Part shown: positions 12,801 through 25,580 of the stretch, piece by piece
How the letters are laid out: every line of letters begins with the position of its first letter
Position numbering within the stretch: position 1 is the stretch's first letter
Made by a program: the position numbers and the translations under genes
The notes under the pieces: generated by a model
The model's database searches: none
What the model was told of the DNA's origin: nothing
What the model saw: the letters and a program-made list of their open reading frames with translations, nothing else
From: Mizuhopecten yessoensis
Taxonomy: Eukaryota
Length of the DNA stretch: 64,000 nt
NCBI RefSeq assembly: GCF_002113885.1
Contig: NW_018408567.1
Coordinates: 1,434,233-1,498,232 of the forward strand
Direction: 5' to 3'

Positions 12801-15800
12801 TATCATTGTATCATTGTATTGTGTCATTGTATCATTGTATTTTATCATTGTATCATTGTATCATTTGTCGGATTATGTTAAAAGGATGACGTCCTTTTCT
12901 GTTGATAATGTTAAAAAAATGTGTTTTCATTTCACTTTATTCCCCATTTCAATTATGAATTGTTTCTCGAAACGGAACTGTTACCCAAATGCAGGATTCT
13001 TACCAATAATAAACAAAGAAATGGAAATAGCGAGTATCAACTTACTGCAGTTTCCTGACCGAACAAATTGTAATGAAACATTGAGGAGTGCTGGACAAAG
13101 GGTCTCCGCTCTGAAGTAGGAATGCTTTCTTCTCTCATCAAGGGACCATTTGTAATATCGCATGGCGTTGATCTGACTCCGCCCAGCTATTGTATCATAA
13201 TTAAAAGGATGTCAATTACCTTTGTTTAGATAGTGTAAAGTATGCATGTTATATTATTTAAACTATTTCTCTTTACTTATTATTTTCATTAAGTTTTAGC
13301 AGCACGTCACTTGTCGACGGTACAAGTTGAATGGGCTTCAGCCTCTTGTAGTGGGAGTAGATTGTATTTACTTTGGTTATCAATATCTATTTTTGTCGAA
13401 TATTGACAAATTATTAATCAAAATATTAGTGTTGTGAGGTTGAATATACATTAACGTACTCGTGAATTGATCTATACTTTTGCCGGAATCTGGAACTATC
13501 GTTCCACCAGATTCGTCATAGAAGTAACAATACAACATCTGACCTCTTATAACCCGATCTGATAAATATAAATATATATGTATATCTATAAATAGGATAT
13601 TACATGAGTTTCCATTTCATATGAGATTTATGAATTCGTGACGAGTTTCATAAATTTCATATGAAATGAAAACGAGTGTAAGATCATTTTATCACATAAT
13701 CAAGATTTGTGGCATTTATTCGTGCAAAACGACAATTTTCATGCAACCTTGAAATGTAAAAAGCCGCCATATTGACTACAGTGCGTATGTCTGTGACGTC
13801 ATGTACTTGTCCTAGGCGTGACGTCACAATTCAAACAACTGAAACTTACACCCAATCACAGGGCTGATAGGTCATATTACATGTGTTAATACGCAAAAAA
13901 ATATGACATGGGTAAACTCACTGGATAATACAGTATATTGTGTGACAAAAATAAGTATAAGCCTTGACGTACAATTTTCCAACATTAGGCCCATCGTATT
14001 CAGCATTACTGCGATAGCAGGGTGATGCGGAGTGTCACGACAAGCTATCTGCATCGCTCGATCTACAGTTCTTTCTGTATTGCTATGCTTTTCTAGAATA
14101 GAATGAACACATATCAGTTCAATGAAAGAAACAAATGGAAGTTATTATAAACCAAATGAAACGTCTTAATATATTGCAAACATGTGCAACAAAATTTGTT
14201 TTGATTTATCATAAACAATACACATAGAAGATGAACGTTACAACTATATATTTATCGTTTAGTATCTGGAAGAAAAGGGATTTGGTTTGGTTTGGTTTTA
14301 TTTTCTTAAACGTCCTATTAACAGCTTATGTCATTTGAGGACGCGGGAAGAACAGGGAAACAGCGTTAATGGAGTATACTACCACTTATAATATTGCCTG
14401 AGGTTTGACTTATATTCGTCGGTGACTGTAATACGCATGTATGAACTGTGCAAGACGTTTTAATTCTCACCTAAATATACTTCAGATATCGCCAGGTGGG
14501 ACAGCAGAGTTACTTCTCTTCTTGTAATCACTGCATTTCGCTCCAAACAAGAAAGCATTTCCAGTGCCTTAAGCAGCAACCTATATCAAACATTGAAGGT
14601 TTTTGATATGAGTTTGTCAGCCATTGGTATATTATTATTATTATGAAATTGATTATTAATATTTGTATAGTACTAGTACAGTGAATCATAATAATATTCC
14701 CATTTCACTATTTGTTATGTTATTGTTACTTAACTGGTTTTAACATTTATATGTTAATAGTATTGGCCTGCAACTCCTAAATCATCTGCGTTCTTTCAAA
14801 GCTTGTGCTAAAAACGTTGCTAAATCAGCATATATATATTACATACATGCAGTACACTTGAACTCTGTTAAAATTAATTTTAGTAGTGTTTCAATTGAAA
14901 TGTTACAAACTGAGAATGTTACACGAGTTTCAATTAGATATTCTCTCTACGAAACGAGTCTAAAGAATTCATTTTGGAAAATGAAAAAGAGAGAGAAAAA
15001 AGAATATATAACGACATTTTCATAATGGTTTCTTCTGACAGGTAACAGGAACAGCTACAATCAAAGTAGAAATCATAAGTTAAACTTCGATATAAAAAAC
15101 ACTCACGGAACTCTAATTTAAAGATCAAACTTGCCTGCGTCCTTTGTGAGCTTTGCCCCTCCTGTTGTAGGTCATTCCCATCAGGCCAATTACTGCCGCT
15201 AAGTGATAGGAGGGACCACCGATATGCAAGATTGCGTAAGCGGCCTTGCACTGTTCTAAAATCTCATTCTGCTTCAGTTTACCTGAAAACGAAGTTAACG
15301 TTGCTGAGATTAAAGCTGAACCGATTTACTTGACTTGTTAAAGTTTTTTTGATGTACTAATTTATTGCAAAATACATTTTCATTGCGTCATTGAAGTTAA
15401 ATATGAACTAAGAATATCTTAGTTATTGCAATACGGTCGTAACTTTTCGTGATGGTTTTGCTGCTTTGTGCCAGGAGCCAGAGAATGAGCGCTGTATCCC
15501 TTTTGGTTCCGAACACCGAGGCAGCATCCATCAGGCTGCTGTAGAAAAAGTGCACCTCCCGACTGGAGAAACACACGCTAAACAGTTCCTCGGCCGCCAC
15601 GACTGCCTGAAATCAGACAAGTAGTAACTAAACCGGGAAAAAAACGGAAGCATGTTATTCCTTTTATCATATAATCATATGACATTGTAATATCGTATGT
15701 ATATGAATAGCCTCATGAACCCATACACAATCGAAAGCGCTAGAAAGTCTAGTTTGTTTATTTATCTCTATTTACCGATCACAGAGACATGTTTATTTTT

Positions 15801-18800
15801 TTTTTCCTCAACAGTTTATTGCAAAAGAATATGTTGTGGAGATTTCAAAATTTTCTATACCATGAAAATTAACCTACTCTTTCGTTGTTATAAAATCTGA
15901 AGAATATACCGATAAACAGTTTATACCTCCATGTTGAGACCCCATATATGTAAAACATGAGATTAAATTGAGCGTCAAAGTGACATAATGGCGATATTCT
16001 TTTCCATTCTGAGACTCCGTGTCTAAAAATAGTACATTCATAAAATCAGTTTACCTTTATGTTTCCCTGTTTACTCTTTATATACCAGAACAACAACAAA
16101 CACTAGCTCTAACTTCTCAAGGCTTGATATAAAATATTTTCATATACTAAAAGACAGATTTCGCACCAGCTGCACTTGATCCATTAAGTCCGAATTAAGA
16201 TCATTTAACAATGTTTCGGTCCTTCTGGCAAAAAATAATGGAATGACAATGTCAAGGAAAATACAACATTATAAAATATTTTCCCTTATTTTTCCTTTTT
16301 TATCAAGTTATAAATTGATAAAACAAGTTACAAGTGCACCTCCCGACTGGAGAAACACACGCTAAACAGTTCCTCGGCCGCCACGACTGCCTGAAATCAG
16401 ACAAGTAGTAACTAAACCGGGAAAAAAACGGAAGCATGTTATTCCTTTTATCATATAATCATATGACATTGTAATATCGTATGTATATGAATAGCCTCAT
16501 GAACCCATACACAATCGGAAGCGCTAGAAAGTCTAGTTTGTTTATTTATCTCTATTTACCGATCACAGAGACATGTTTATTTTTTTTTCCTCAACAGTTT
16601 ATTGCAAAAGAATATGTTGTGGAGATTTCAAAATTTTCTATACCATGAAAATTAACCTACTCTTTCGTTGTTATAAAATCTGAAGAATATACCGATAAAG
16701 AGTTTATACCTCCATGTTGAGACCCCATATATGTAAAACATGAGATTAAATTGAGCGTCAAAGTGACATAATGGCGATATTCTTTTCCATTCTGAGACTC
16801 CGTGTCTAAAAATAGTACATTCATAAAATCAGTTTACCTTTATGTTTCCCTGTTTACTCTTTATATACCAGAACAACAACAAACACTAGCTCTAACTTCT
16901 CAAGGCTTGATATAAAATATTTTCATATACTAAAAGACAGATTTCGCACCAGCTACACTTGATCCATTAAGTCCGAATTAAGATCATTTAACAATGTTTC
17001 GGTCCTTCTGGCAAAAAATAATGGAATGACAATGTCAAGGAAAATACAACATTATAAAATATTTTCCCTTATTTTTCCTTTTTTATCAAGTTATAAATTG
17101 ATAAAACAAGTTATTTCGCCCGTTTTTCTTCGAGAAAAACCGGCTTTTCGTACGACAAAAATATAAGATACTAATAAAAAGATTTTTTTTTTTAATTCTT
17201 TATGTTGATAAATTCGCTTATTGACATAGTTTACATCGTGCATTTGCATCAACTGTTAAATGAAATAATGAATGTACTCCTTACCGCAATGAGTAAATTA
17301 TTTCCATAAATCAATACAGCTTCTTTGTTACATGTAACTAGTGTAATTGTTGCCTTGTCAACAATGATAATTATTTCTAGTTTGCATTTCACGAACCTGC
17401 ATAAGAAGTGGAAACATTTCCTGTGTACAATGTATCGTCTGCTGCATCAACTGGCGGACATTATCGAAGTATCCATGGAGATAACTTAGCACCCCTTCCC
17501 GCCCGTGTACGTACACCCTTTGGTCAACATCATGTAGAGTCCGACAGAAGAATTTCACAAACTGCAAACGGGCCGGATATAACTCGGCTACATCATGTAC
17601 TTCTTCTGTAAGAAACTCGTGTAGAAATGCGGGTATTTCATATCTGTCAGAATTCGTACTTCTGGACACCAAAGAATGATCACACAACTCAACTAACGAT
17701 GCACAAGCACTGCCCCCAGCCTCTCCAAGTGGTGAAATTATCTCCTTTGCAGCAGATTTGGAAAAGGACCCTTGAAAAAGCGTTAATAGCACAGCCCCTT
17801 TCTTCACGCTTTCCGACATTCGGTCGAAGAAGTTTTGCAGTTTCTGTTTATGAAACGATATGATTTTCATCAGTGATCCAGGGGTCTGTAATATGATGAC
17901 AAGATCTTCAATGCCAACCACTCGTTGAGGGTGGTTCAACAACAAGGCGGCTTCCATTATTATTCCAGGCAAGTACCAACATCCACGAACAATATCATGG
18001 GCGAATGCTGTCAAATCAACGGTACATTCTTGTGCTACAATTTGAAGTAAGATGACCCCCTCTAATTCTGACAAACCTGCTAAGAATGTGGCACGCGCTG
18101 GTACTGAAGATAGATATGTTATTCTCATTTGACTTGATACTAAGAGAAAAATATTTCCTGACAATCTGAGAATCTTCTGGCAAAAGTTTATGAATCGGTT
18201 CTGCAACACTGATGTATGTACAAGACTGTCTACCTTTGTAAATACTAACAAGAACTGACATGATTGGTTGGCGTTCGCCATCAGTCTGAGGTGAGTGATA
18301 ACGCTATGTTCAGTGTCTTCATGTGTGAGTGGAGCTCCTGAACGTTCCAATCCGTCAAACACTCCCCTGACGTATTTATACACTTCAGTGGCATCTGCTT
18401 CTCTTCATATTCTGCTACAAGCTCGTTCTGGATCTACAACAAATGGTAGATATTAATGAGGATGTAAATTGGCGAGAAGAAGAAAAGGGGAAGAAGAAGA
18501 AGAAACAAACAAACTAAACAAAACAATTAGGAAGACTTATAACAAGTATAAAAGTGGACAAAAAAGGGAGGGAAAATATCTTGAACCCCATATACAAACT
18601 GCAGGAGAAAACAGGTTCATGATGACCACCATGACGTGTCAAACCCTTAGTGAAGTCTCTCTAAAGGTTTCCCATGAAAATATCATGACAAAATCGAAGG
18701 CACCCGGTAACTTATTTAATTGGTTCAGGTGAAAAAACTTTACCAATCGATAGACTGATTAGCTTTGAAGACATCCAACTTTAAAGCCAGCCAATAGCGT

Positions 18801-19160
18801 AACGGGCCGGGAGATTCTTTTGAAAAAAACACCTTTTCTATTAGTATTAACCACATGGCGGAGCGTACAGAGCATACGATTTCGTAATTACATATTCCAA
18901 AGTTGTTCAACCAAAAAACAACATTGGTATCTAGCAGAAGCACTAAAGTAGTAATGGACGAAGTAAATGGGCTATATGTGGCGTACCTGATTGGCCAGTC
19001 TCTGTTTTCCAGTAAATGGTGGTCCATAGATCTGAACAAGTCTCTGGCGACTCAACCGGCACCAAGCCTTGATCTCTTCAAGCTCTCGCCTCCTTCCTAC
19101 AAACGGGATCCTCTCGTCTGCCTCATCAACGTTGTCATTATTTTCAGCAAACATCTTCAT
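9831..19160 (-). CDS. STAND-class P-loop NTPase + TPR-repeat protein (NLR-like, NB-ARC-TPR architecture); two apparent frameshifts; 5' end uncertain
   Basis: Exons 19160-18987 (FVGRRRELEEI...IYGPPFTGKQ Walker A), 18433-17397 (LLVFTKVD Walker-B-like, LLVSSQ, CWYLPGII GxP-like, LCDHSLVS winged helix), 15606-15444, 15282-15135, 14580-14471, 14092-13973, 13186-13046, 11557-11446 and 10850 onward (TPR-like helices such as HPAIAVMLNTMG, ALEYNQQALNM). Splice phases are consistent. Frameshifts near 18380 and near 10450. Confidence 0.75.
9866..10320 (-). repeat. 45-bp tandem repeat, ~9-10 copies, encoding ESQRQPSESSDRGIT
   Basis: Unit gattccgtaataccacggtcagacgattccgatggcagcctttgg with period 45; ORF 9831..10409. 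Confidence 0.95.
10918..11272. mobile_element. MITE
   Basis: Inverted repeats catcctcgatactccaaggg...ccctggaat (10919-10972) and ttccaggg...cccttggagtatcgaggatg (11219-11270). Confidence 0.6.
12236..13006. mobile_element. MITE-like element with ~90-bp inverted ends enclosing an (attgtatc)n microsatellite and an assembly gap
   Basis: 12236-12325 is the reverse complement of 12918-13006; 8-bp repeat spans 12596-12865 around the N run. Confidence 0.55.
13585..13945. mobile_element. Crypton-like non-autonomous element
   Basis: Hairpin tttcatatgagatttatgaa...ttcataaatttcatatgaaa; paired TGACGTCA motifs; ccaatcacag. Confidence 0.4.
15548..17112. repeat. Near-identical direct tandem duplication, unit ~784 bp, including part of an NLR-like gene exon
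   Basis: 15548-16329 versus 16332-17112 differ at only about 4 positions seen by eye. Confidence 0.95.
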
Positions 19161-19224
19161 AAGATCAGATGATGTCTGCCAAGTACGTCTAATAATGGAT
19201 ACTGCTATGCATCGGGCATGTATT

Positions 19225-19880
19225 CCCTGTCCGTGGTCTTATTTAACACTATAGACTGTAACACACTCTATAATTCTTGCTGTGGTCCGTATTACATTAA
19301 TGATATATTATAGATTGTAACACACCATGTACTATTATCATAAATTGTATCACAACATGTATTCTTGTCTGCGGTCAGTGATACACTAATATTATAAATT
19401 GTAACTCGTCTATGGTCGGTGATACACTGATATTATAGATTGTAACATACCATGTACTCCTGTCTGTGGTCGGTGATATACTCATATGGTAGATTGTAAC
19501 ATACCATGTACTCCTGTCTGTGGTCGGTGATATTCTCATATGGTAGATTGTAACACACCATGTACTATTATCATAAATTGTATCACAACATGTATTCTTG
19601 TCTGCGGTCAGTGATACACTAATATTATAGATTGTAACTCACCATATGCTCCTGTCTATGGTCGGTGATACACTGATATTATAGATTGTAACATACCATG
19701 TACTCCTGTCTGTGGTCGGTGATATACTCATATGGTAGATTGTAACATACTATGTACTCCTGTCTGTGGTCGGTGATATTCTTATATGGTAGATTGTAAC
19801 ATACCATGTACTCCTGTCTGTGGTCGGTGATATAATATTATAGATTGTAACATACCATGTACTTCTATCTGTGTTCGGCA
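19225..19880. repeat. ~55-60-bp minisatellite with a ~240-bp higher-order repeat
   Basis: Unit gattgtaacataccatgtactcctgtctgtggtcggtgatat..., more than 10 copies. Confidence 0.9.
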
Positions 19881-20236
19881 ATGCACTAAATTTGTAATAT
19901 ATTGTACATCATCATCTATTCCTGTCATTAAGTGACGTGAAGTTTAATCAAGCCCCGTGTTTACAACTGACTACAAGCTTGTGACGATTCCTGTATTGAA
20001 CGTAACATAAAACTTCCCGTCGTAAGGAAAATATTTTGGTTTTACCAACAGACGAGTGTAACCGGAAGTAAAAACGATATGTCCGGAATAAGACCCACAC
20101 ATACATTGTAGCTACTGTCATATTTCTTACGGAGCCTCTAGAGCAAAATAGGCCTAGGCGCAAAAACAGACGACATGAAAGGCGCGTCAACCTGTTCATC
20201 TTTACTGTTGTGTTATTGTTATTTATTCCAGTGTGT

Positions 20237-20450
20237 ATGGAAGAGCATTAGGGACTTGTGGAAAAAGAATTAATTTCGTCTTTTCGACTTACTAACTCGA
20301 AATTTCAAGATACTGACTGGAAATTTCGACTTACTTACTCGAAATTTCGACTTACTAACTCGAAATGTCGGCTGATCATCTGGAAATTTCGAGTTATTAC
20401 GAAAAAAAGAGATTTTTTTCCTTTCTACATGGCCCTAATGTTCTTCCGTA
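20237..20450. mobile_element. MITE with internal 21-bp tandem repeats
   Basis: TIR tatggaagagcattagggac / gccctaatgttcttccgta; internal (tttcgacttactaactcgaaa) x~5. Confidence 0.7.
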
Positions 20451-20509
20451 GTTGTGTCATTGAATTAAATATACGATCAACGTGAGCGAAAGGTTTCCTG
20501 TTATTTGAA

Positions 20510-20868
20510 GATCCCCGTACCACTACCAAATACTGTAGCTAAATATTGGAAACTGTTTTTGAGTAAGAATATGGGCTTGATACATCATTTCTGAAGGAAA
20601 ACCATACCTAACGGGACTTAAATGATAAAGAAAAAGATTTAATAAACAAAATATATGGTCAACAAGAAAGTTCTGATTTAAAAAACACAAGCTGGGCTAG
20701 ACCAGGATTCGAACCCAGCACTTCAATTCTTATACTCTTGCTGAAATAGATTGAACTACCCGTTCAACGGAAGTGTACTAGCCCAAATGTGTTAAAGTTC
20801 TATCAAAACTGAAGTGATGGGGAGGTTACTGTATATAGAAATAAACGGCAGCGCAGTGGGACAGGGAT
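20510..20868. mobile_element. TTAA-flanked (Kolobok-like) MITE with an internal tRNA-like segment
   Basis: tgaa|GATCCCcgtaccact...agtgggacaGGGATC|ttaa; internal ggattcgaaccc (reverse B-box). A related copy lies at ~62905-63245. Confidence 0.6.
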
Positions 20869-23800
20869 CTTAAAGGAGACTTTCGAGTAGACATACCGTT
20901 CAGTAAAAATGAAACGCACAATTATATACATGTATATCCTTCCTTACCGCATTATATATTCTCTTCTGTACTGTATTGGTAAACTTAATACAACACTGAG
21001 ATTCATTGAATACAGTTATGGCTTTCATGTTTAGCTTGTTGGTAAACAAACATCTGTTTAAAAATTGAATGAAACTGCATTTTATGCAAATATGAATTAT
21101 ATTACACCGTCGTTTCAATGTAAATATTAACCCTCAATTAACAGTGATAGTACCATAAAAAAAAGAAAACACAGCTTAAATGAAAATGTGTGCAATGTAA
21201 TGTTAGTTTGCAGATATATCGTAATATCTATACAGTTTATTAATTTATTAGTTTGTCGATAGGATAAATAAGGCAGGGTTATTGAGATATATTTTATGTA
21301 CAAGAGTGAAAAAGGTCAACATGTGACTATACGATGGCGAATATCAGCCAACAAACCATACAGTAAAGTAATCGAAACATGTACGTGTACATAGTACAAA
21401 ATGACAAACTCTAACTCAGTTTTAGAATCAAATTCGTACATAGCAATTGTACAGCTTGGTAACGAAAGACTATATACATTAAGTCATTAACATTCCCGTA
21501 AAAAATAAAGTCGCAGGTTGACAAAAATACATTGGCAAACCAATCAACCATATCGATTGATATGACAAATCCTTCATTTGCATATTTTATTTCAATGCAA
21601 AGGTATACCATAGGCCAATACATATGATCAGGCACTTAAGTGTAGCCCTGAGAAAAATAATAAATAATATAAATAGATAAATGAATAAATAATTCAAAAA
21701 CAATCAATAAAAAAAAATAATATCAGTTTCCGGACCGATATTCTTATGAATAAGTTTTTTTATTTATTAAGGCTAGGTTCAAGAGCCTGTGATATAAGTA
21801 ATCAAAGACAATATATCGTATCCCTGTGACCAAACACTTTGTTTTGGATGTTTCTTTACTAATACAACGGCCAAAATGATCATGGTTAAGAAACAAGATA
21901 GGGGTAGAGAAATAGCCTCTGAAGTACAACCAAGTTCGACAAATTGTCCCTGTCATCTCATATAGGATGTTGCTATCTCATTGGAATATCTGTACTTCAC
22001 ATATCATCTTTTTTTAATGAATATGTTGGAAGAAGATATGTTAAATATTTATACAACGCAGACGAGTGTCACTTCAATCTATCATATCTTACATTTCAAG
22101 TGTACTTTTCTCTCTAATAATCGACATACTTTAAAACATGACTTGGTCTGTTTTGGCTTGATTTTGTCTGCTTGGTTTTTATTTCCGACCAAACCAGACC
22201 AGACCATATTTTATAGTATGTTATCTTGCTCCTCAAGTCTCATCTGCCAGGGTGTCGCAAGTCACACATATATATGGTACACAACGATATGCGAAAAACA
22301 AATATTTGTGTACCATACACAAATGTTCTTTCTTACCAGCTCCAGTCGGCCGTTGTATATATAGTTATCGATTGAAGTCAAATGCAGATGTAAGTGTAAT
22401 AAAGGTATAGTGCTAAAAATTGAACCGTTTTGTACACATTCATAAGCATATCCATACTTATAAAATGATACAAATACACATTAAAACAGGATTCTTTAAA
22501 GAACAAATGATCTAGTAGATGCTGGGGACATGATACATTATCCTAACGTAAGTAAGGCAGTCACAAAACTCTCATTCTCTCTCCCTAACTATCTCTTGGT
22601 TTTTTATGATCTTTTAATTTGGTATAAGAGTGATTTTTAAAGGTTTTCATTTTTTTTTAAAAACAAAGAAGTGCTGATTTCCCTTAAGTTATTTTGTCAG
22701 CGTCATCTTATCTCTATGACTCGTGTAGGACAACAGCCAAACAATACAGCACTAAGATGAACATAACTTGATACTATTATTTCGCCACCCCCAAACTAAC
22801 CCTCTCGTAAAGCTTTGTATGTTGGCAACAGCCATATCAGTGTGCTGTATTTACACATAACGTTAGAAGAACATGATGTTTTTAATCAAATTTTGTTAAT
22901 AATTCCCTTATTTACTTAATGAATATCACTATAATTAATAGGTGATCAGTTTGATACAATATCTTGCATATGGATTTGCTGAAAATTCTATTTTGTATCA
23001 AACAGAAAGCTCAAATCACGCGTACAAGGCAAAACTTTGTACAATATTTAGGACATGCCTTCATCCCATTAGGGTTATGTCCTGGGAGGTTAAAAAACTT
23101 TTAACTTCGTCAACTGTTAACTGGATATAAGACAATTTTGATTGTTGATACTTGGGTATATCATATTTGATAGTAAATGTCGGTGTATTATATCTTGATA
23201 TTAAATATTATGTACTTTCTGTATGTAATAAATGACAACTTCAATCCAGTTCTTTAGACAGGAGAAAACATTCCTTCATATCAGAGTAATGTCTATTTGG
23301 AACAATGATCTGGAGTCTCTTGGTAAACAGCAAAAATCATGCACTCATTGAAAAACAGGCTAGACAATGGTGGAAATCAGAAAACCTTCTATGAGGACTC
23401 TACTCATTAGGGAATAGACTACTATCTGTCCTTTTAAATTATTTCACAATTAATATATAATAAAGTTCATGTCCATACCAGGAGAGGGCTTGTTAAGGCA
23501 TTACGCCTGTTGCCCAATTCCTTTTGAATTTGTATAAGATACAATATTCAATAAAAACTTTGTGAAATTAAAGTTCCACTATCTTGTACAATTAGTTTCG
23601 TACTTTAGAAACGTTTCATAACATGTACGTGTGTCGTACTGAGATATTGTTATGCTGCACAAAAACTGCAAACTACGGTGACCAGACGACGATAATCCAA
23701 AAAGCCGAATGAAACCTTCCAACGTTGAATTTTTGTCGTGAGTATAATTAATTGTTAGACAAATATGGCAGAATAGCTGCCCTATCGCCGACCTACAGAC

Positions 23801-25274
23801 AAGCTTAACTGTTAGGGTCAGGGTGTCACCACATGAAGTAGAGAAGGTCCTTCCTTTATTTATGTGTGACACATGTATTTTAAACATTTTATTCTAACAT
23901 TCAAACAACGTAAAAAGAGCATGACACGTAAAAAAACCGGATTTTTTTTTATTAACAGAACACAATACATCTCCAGCACACACACAGGCATACACACATA
24001 GGGAGATATTAGCAATGTGGCATAGGACTAGTAGTTAGTGCCTGATAAGGCAGCTTCTGCGAATTCCTCAATATTGTATTGATTAATATATATGCTAATT
24101 GTATTGACTGTATAAAATTGTATATCTATGTACTGTAAAGCGCTTTAGAGTGGCTTATGTTAGCTAGATAGGGCTCTATATCAAATGTTGCATATTTATT
24201 TATTTATTTATATATTAACTTTTCGTACTAGACTGGGGTATCTCGAACGTGTTGAAAATTGCCTTGAGTGGGGACAAATAAGCTTTATATTTCATAAGAA
24301 CATTTCTTTATAACAAAAGTTTACAAAAGGCCAAACAATTTCACAATTAATGATATTTATTCAAAAGATATAACCTGACTTGTTTTTATGTAAATGTGCC
24401 CATTGACAATTTAAATGAATAGAATGTGCACAACCTTGATTATTTATTTACAAATTAAATATGCATTACTAATGAAAATAGTAACAAAAACAAGGGGAAA
24501 TGATGCCTGTCCACATAAACAAGTATGCGAACCGTAACATCTGGATCGTGACGTCACATGAGTTAGTCCTACTTCAACTTTAATCTTTTCTCTATCGTCG
24601 TACCGAATATCATGACACGGGTGAGTGCGCATATAGTGCTGATAAAAACATGTTAAAAACAATAACATTTTTTTCCCCAGATGATTTTCCTTTGTTGCCT
24701 TTTCACACTGAGACAGTGGTCATCCATTATTTTGCTTTTTTGAACTGTCCGTACACGCCAGTTATCTGATTATTTATGATAATTAAAAACATAATAACAA
24801 TGGTAGACTGTGAATATTATATTATATAGTGTAGTATGTAGTTTTATAAGATCACTCATTTTTAACTTCTCTAATAATACACATCGCTATTTATAATTAG
24901 CAGGGAATGATTTATAACGTCTATTTTAGAAATAAACATTTATCATCATTTAGTGTCTAGTGCATATGATTTTCTCGTGCATATGATTATATCGTGCATA
25001 TGAGTATCTCATATTTACGTGTCTTTAACTATTACCAGTTTCAAACATCGCAGTTAGCCGTGTACTATAAACTTTCATACCCTCAGAAACTCCAATAGAT
25101 AAATTCAGTCTTACCTCGCTTTGTAATAGTACAAAACGCATATCATAAATATAACCCTGTTAAAGAATTCTTACAGCATGGCCAATAGGATTTACTTACT
25201 ACAAAGCTTTGCGATTAGCTTGACTAATTCGATTTTTATATCATTCACGTTCTTTTTCTTGATAGTAACATCCA

Positions 25275-25580
25275 TGCTTCCCCAACAAATGGTGTTGATT
25301 CGGTATTTAAGAGATTGCTCCGAATATCACGATTTCCGTGATAGATGCCGACTTCTGACTGACAAACTTACAGCACAGCGTTTCCTAAAGATAGTTGATG
25401 TAGACTATTGATATGTTTTATGGTCACAAAGATAATTATTAAGATTTTTTTTCTTTATGTTAAATGAATGTTAGTACTAATTAGCGTGCCTTAATGTTTT
25501 GTTGCCACCAATCCAGTTATCGTTATCACGGCATGGATGAAGCAGAAGACGCTTATCCTTCTGGAACACCTGGTCTTATT
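25275..25580 (+). mobile_element. Penelope-like element RT C-terminal fragment
   Basis: LIRYLRDCSEYHDFRDRCRLLTDKLTAQRF resembles the PLE SQLIRY.R.CS.Y.DF..R...LT.KL..QG segment; followed by gaagcagaagacgcttatcctt...cacctggtc. Confidence 0.6.

Noticed and set aside
12516-12881. ORFs spanning the N gap
   Set aside because: Artefacts of the Ns and the microsatellite.
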